The notes under the pieces: generated by a model
What the model was told of the DNA's origin: nothing
Database searches by the model: none
The model's input: the letters and a program-made list of their open reading frames with translations, nothing else
In this document: in pieces, positions 62,099-64,000 of the stretch
Position numbering within the stretch: position 1 is the first letter of the stretch
Layout: every line of letters starts with the position of its first letter
NCBI GenBank assembly: GCA_963976765.1
Contig: CAXBME010000007.1
Location: 124,001 to 188,000, forward strand
Reading direction: 5' to 3'
Length of the DNA: 64,000 nucleotides
Origin: an uncultured Planctomycetaceae bacterium
GTDB taxonomy: Bacteria > Planctomycetota > Planctomycetia > Planctomycetales > Planctomycetaceae
Translations under genes and position numbers: made by a program

Positions 62099-63460
62099 AT
62101 GGTCGAGAAGTTTTTGCTGCTGTTTAAGATTCCCGAGCTTCGTCGGAAACTTCTGCTGACTGTGATCCTGCTGGCCGTTTATCGGATGGGATTCTGGATT
62201 CCCTTGCCTTTTGTTGATCAAGCGGCAATTCGGGAGAGTATCCAGAAGATGCAGGAGGGCGGCGACACCGGCTTTGGCCAGGTGATGCAGATCGTGGCGT
62301 TGTTTTCGGCTTCCAAGGTCGGAAATGCGACGATATTTGGCCTCGGTATCATGCCGTACATATCTGCGTCGATTATCTTTCAGCTGCTCGGACAGGTCTA
62401 CCCACCGCTTGAGGCTCTTCAGAAGGAAGGCGAGTCCGGGCGAAAAAAAATAAACGAATACACGCGGTACGCCACCGTATTGATATGTCTCGGTCAGAGC
62501 TTCTTTTGGATACTGGCGTTATCGAGTGGCAAGTTGTTTGGCGTGAATGTCATTCTCAATGAGTGGAACCATTGGTATTGGCATCTTGTTGGTGCACTTT
62601 GGATGACAACCGGAACGGTTGTCCTGATGTGGATTGGCGAGCAGATTGACGCCTACGGTTTAGGTAATGGAATCAGCCTGTTGATCATGGCTGGGATTGT
62701 CGCTCAGATGCCTAACGGTGGAGCGATGCTTTTTGAACCAGCACTCAGGAATGGAATCCGAATTGGAACCGAAACTGGCATCGAAAGGTTTCTGATGCTT
62801 GGCGCGGTGTTTGTTGGGGTGGTTGTTTGGGTGGTGCTAATCACGCAAGGCCAGCGGCGGATTCCGATACAAAGCGCAAAACATGTTCGCGGACGTCGCC
62901 AGGTTGGCGGTCAGCGGCAGTTTTTGCCGTTGCGGCTCAATCAAGCGGGTGTGATGCCGATTATTTTTGCATCCAGCCTCCTGATGTTTCCTTACATGGT
63001 CTTTAATTGGCTGGCACAGGTTGTTGATAACAGGCTCATTACTATACTCGCTCAGGCTTTCGGAGGAGGCAGGGGATATATCTACTCGATGTGTTACATT
63101 GGGTTGATTTACTTTTTCTGCTATTTCTGGACGGCAATCACCTTCAACCCTCGAGAGATTGCGGCAAATTTGAAGGATCACGGAAGCTTTATTCCAGGCT
63201 ACCGCCCAGGTGCAAGAACATCGAACTACCTAGAGTCAGTAATGGTGCGAATCACTTATGTGGGGGCAGCTTTTTTATCGCTGATCGCGGTGATTCCGAC
63301 CTTGATTGCCAGCTCTATGGGGATCGACCCTTTGATTGCGAGCTTCTACGGCGGAACTGGGCTCCTCATTGTGGTGTCGGTCGCACTCGACTTGGTTCAG
63401 AAAATTGACAGTCATTTGATCACGCGGAACTACTCCGGGCTACTTGAGTCCGATAATTGA
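62099..63460 (+). CDS. secY: Preprotein translocase subunit SecY
   Basis: LGIMPYISASII, GNGISLLI, AGVMPIIFASS, IPGYRPG, GGTGLLIVV. Confidence 0.97.
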   Translation: MVEKFLLLFKIPELRRKLLLTVILLAVYRMGFWIPLPFVDQAAIRESIQKMQEGGDTGFGQVMQIVALFSASKVGNATIFGLGIMPYISASIIFQLLGQVYPPLEALQKEGESGRKKINEYTRYATVLICLGQSFFWILALSSGKLFGVNVILNEWNHWYWHLVGALWMTTGTVVLMWIGEQIDAYGLGNGISLLIMAGIVAQMPNGGAMLFEPALRNGIRIGTETGIERFLMLGAVFVGVVVWVVLITQGQRRIPIQSAKHVRGRRQVGGQRQFLPLRLNQAGVMPIIFASSLLMFPYMVFNWLAQVVDNRLITILAQAFGGGRGYIYSMCYIGLIYFFCYFWTAITFNPREIAANLKDHGSFIPGYRPGARTSNYLESVMVRITYVGAAFLSLIAVIPTLIASSMGIDPLIASFYGGTGLLIVVSVALDLVQKIDSHLITRNYSGLLESDN

Positions 63461-63484
63461 TTGAAACTTCAGTAGGATTGAGTA

Positions 63485-63601
63485 ATGAAGGTCCGGTCCA
63501 GTATCAAACGAATATGCGAACAATGTAAGATTGTTCGACGCCGAGGCAAGGTTTATGTGATTTGTCCGGCCAACCCAAAGCACAAGCAGAGGCAGGGATA
63601 G
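63485..63601 (+). CDS. rpmJ: 50S ribosomal protein L36 (zinc-ribbon form; not in the ORF track)
   Basis: Manual translation: [38 protein letters not shown]. Confidence 0.96.
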   Translation: MKVRSSIKRICEQCKIVRRRGKVYVICPANPKHKQRQG

Positions 63602-63605
63602 GATA

Positions 63606-63992
63606 ATGCCACGTATTCTCGGGGTCGACGTACCAAACGATAAGCCGACATATATTGCACTGACCTATCTTTATGGGGTTGGGACAGTTACGGCTATTTC
63701 TCTGTGTTATCAGCTTGGTGTTGATCCGCAGGCCAAAGCTTCAGCGCTGGGCGAAGACGACATCGCCCGTATTAACACGCACCTCGACAAAGAGCTAACT
63801 GTAGAAGGTGCTCTGCGACGTAAGGTGCAGCAGGACATTTCGCGTTTGAGGGAAATTCGATGTTATCGCGGAATCAGGCACCGAAGGGGATTGCCTGTCA
63901 GAGGGCAGCGGACCAGGACTAACGCACGCACGCGTAAAGGTGTCAAGAAAACTGTGGCGGGAAAAAAGGGCGTGAAGGATATGAAGCACTGA
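63606..63992 (+). CDS. rpsM: 30S ribosomal protein S13
   Basis: MPRILGVD, ALTYLYGVG, YRGIRHRRGLPVRGQRTRTNARTRKG. Confidence 0.97.
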   Translation: MPRILGVDVPNDKPTYIALTYLYGVGTVTAISLCYQLGVDPQAKASALGEDDIARINTHLDKELTVEGALRRKVQQDISRLREIRCYRGIRHRRGLPVRGQRTRTNARTRKGVKKTVAGKKGVKDMKH

Positions 63993-64000
63993 TCCATCTC

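Noticed and set aside
53059..63992. Pseudogenised ribosomal operon
   Set aside because: No frameshifts or premature stops seen; core motifs, RBSs and the promoter are intact.

Overview
Bacterial chromosome segment that looks like a planctomycete (Planctomycetaceae-like), judged from DUF1549/DUF1553, DUF1501, DUF1559, DUF1573, DUF1080, a LEPR-XLL-type secreted protein, a sulfatase and lineage-typical ribosomal protein motifs. Positions 1-52.9 kb hold housekeeping genes (rpmB, gatCAB, rlmD, cdd, xseB, fmt, plsY, cmk, mqnE, larE) and planctomycete-type envelope, cytochrome and hydrolase genes. They also carry three families of short intergenic palindromes and a strongly base-paired ~240-nt intergenic element at 39.1-39.3 kb. 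Positions 53.06-64 kb hold an S10-spc-alpha ribosomal protein operon behind a near-consensus sigma70 promoter. That operon is the most unusual part of the window. It is abruptly G/T-skewed and rich in rare codons, and its proteins look divergent. uL3 has an internal deletion, rplX (uL24) is missing between rplN and rplE, and secY runs directly into rpmJ. It could be a second paralogous ribosomal protein set, a fast-evolving sole copy, or an assembly join; the window alone cannot decide. I found no tRNA, rRNA, CRISPR array, integrase or transposase. All family assignments come from motif recognition by eye, not from database searches.
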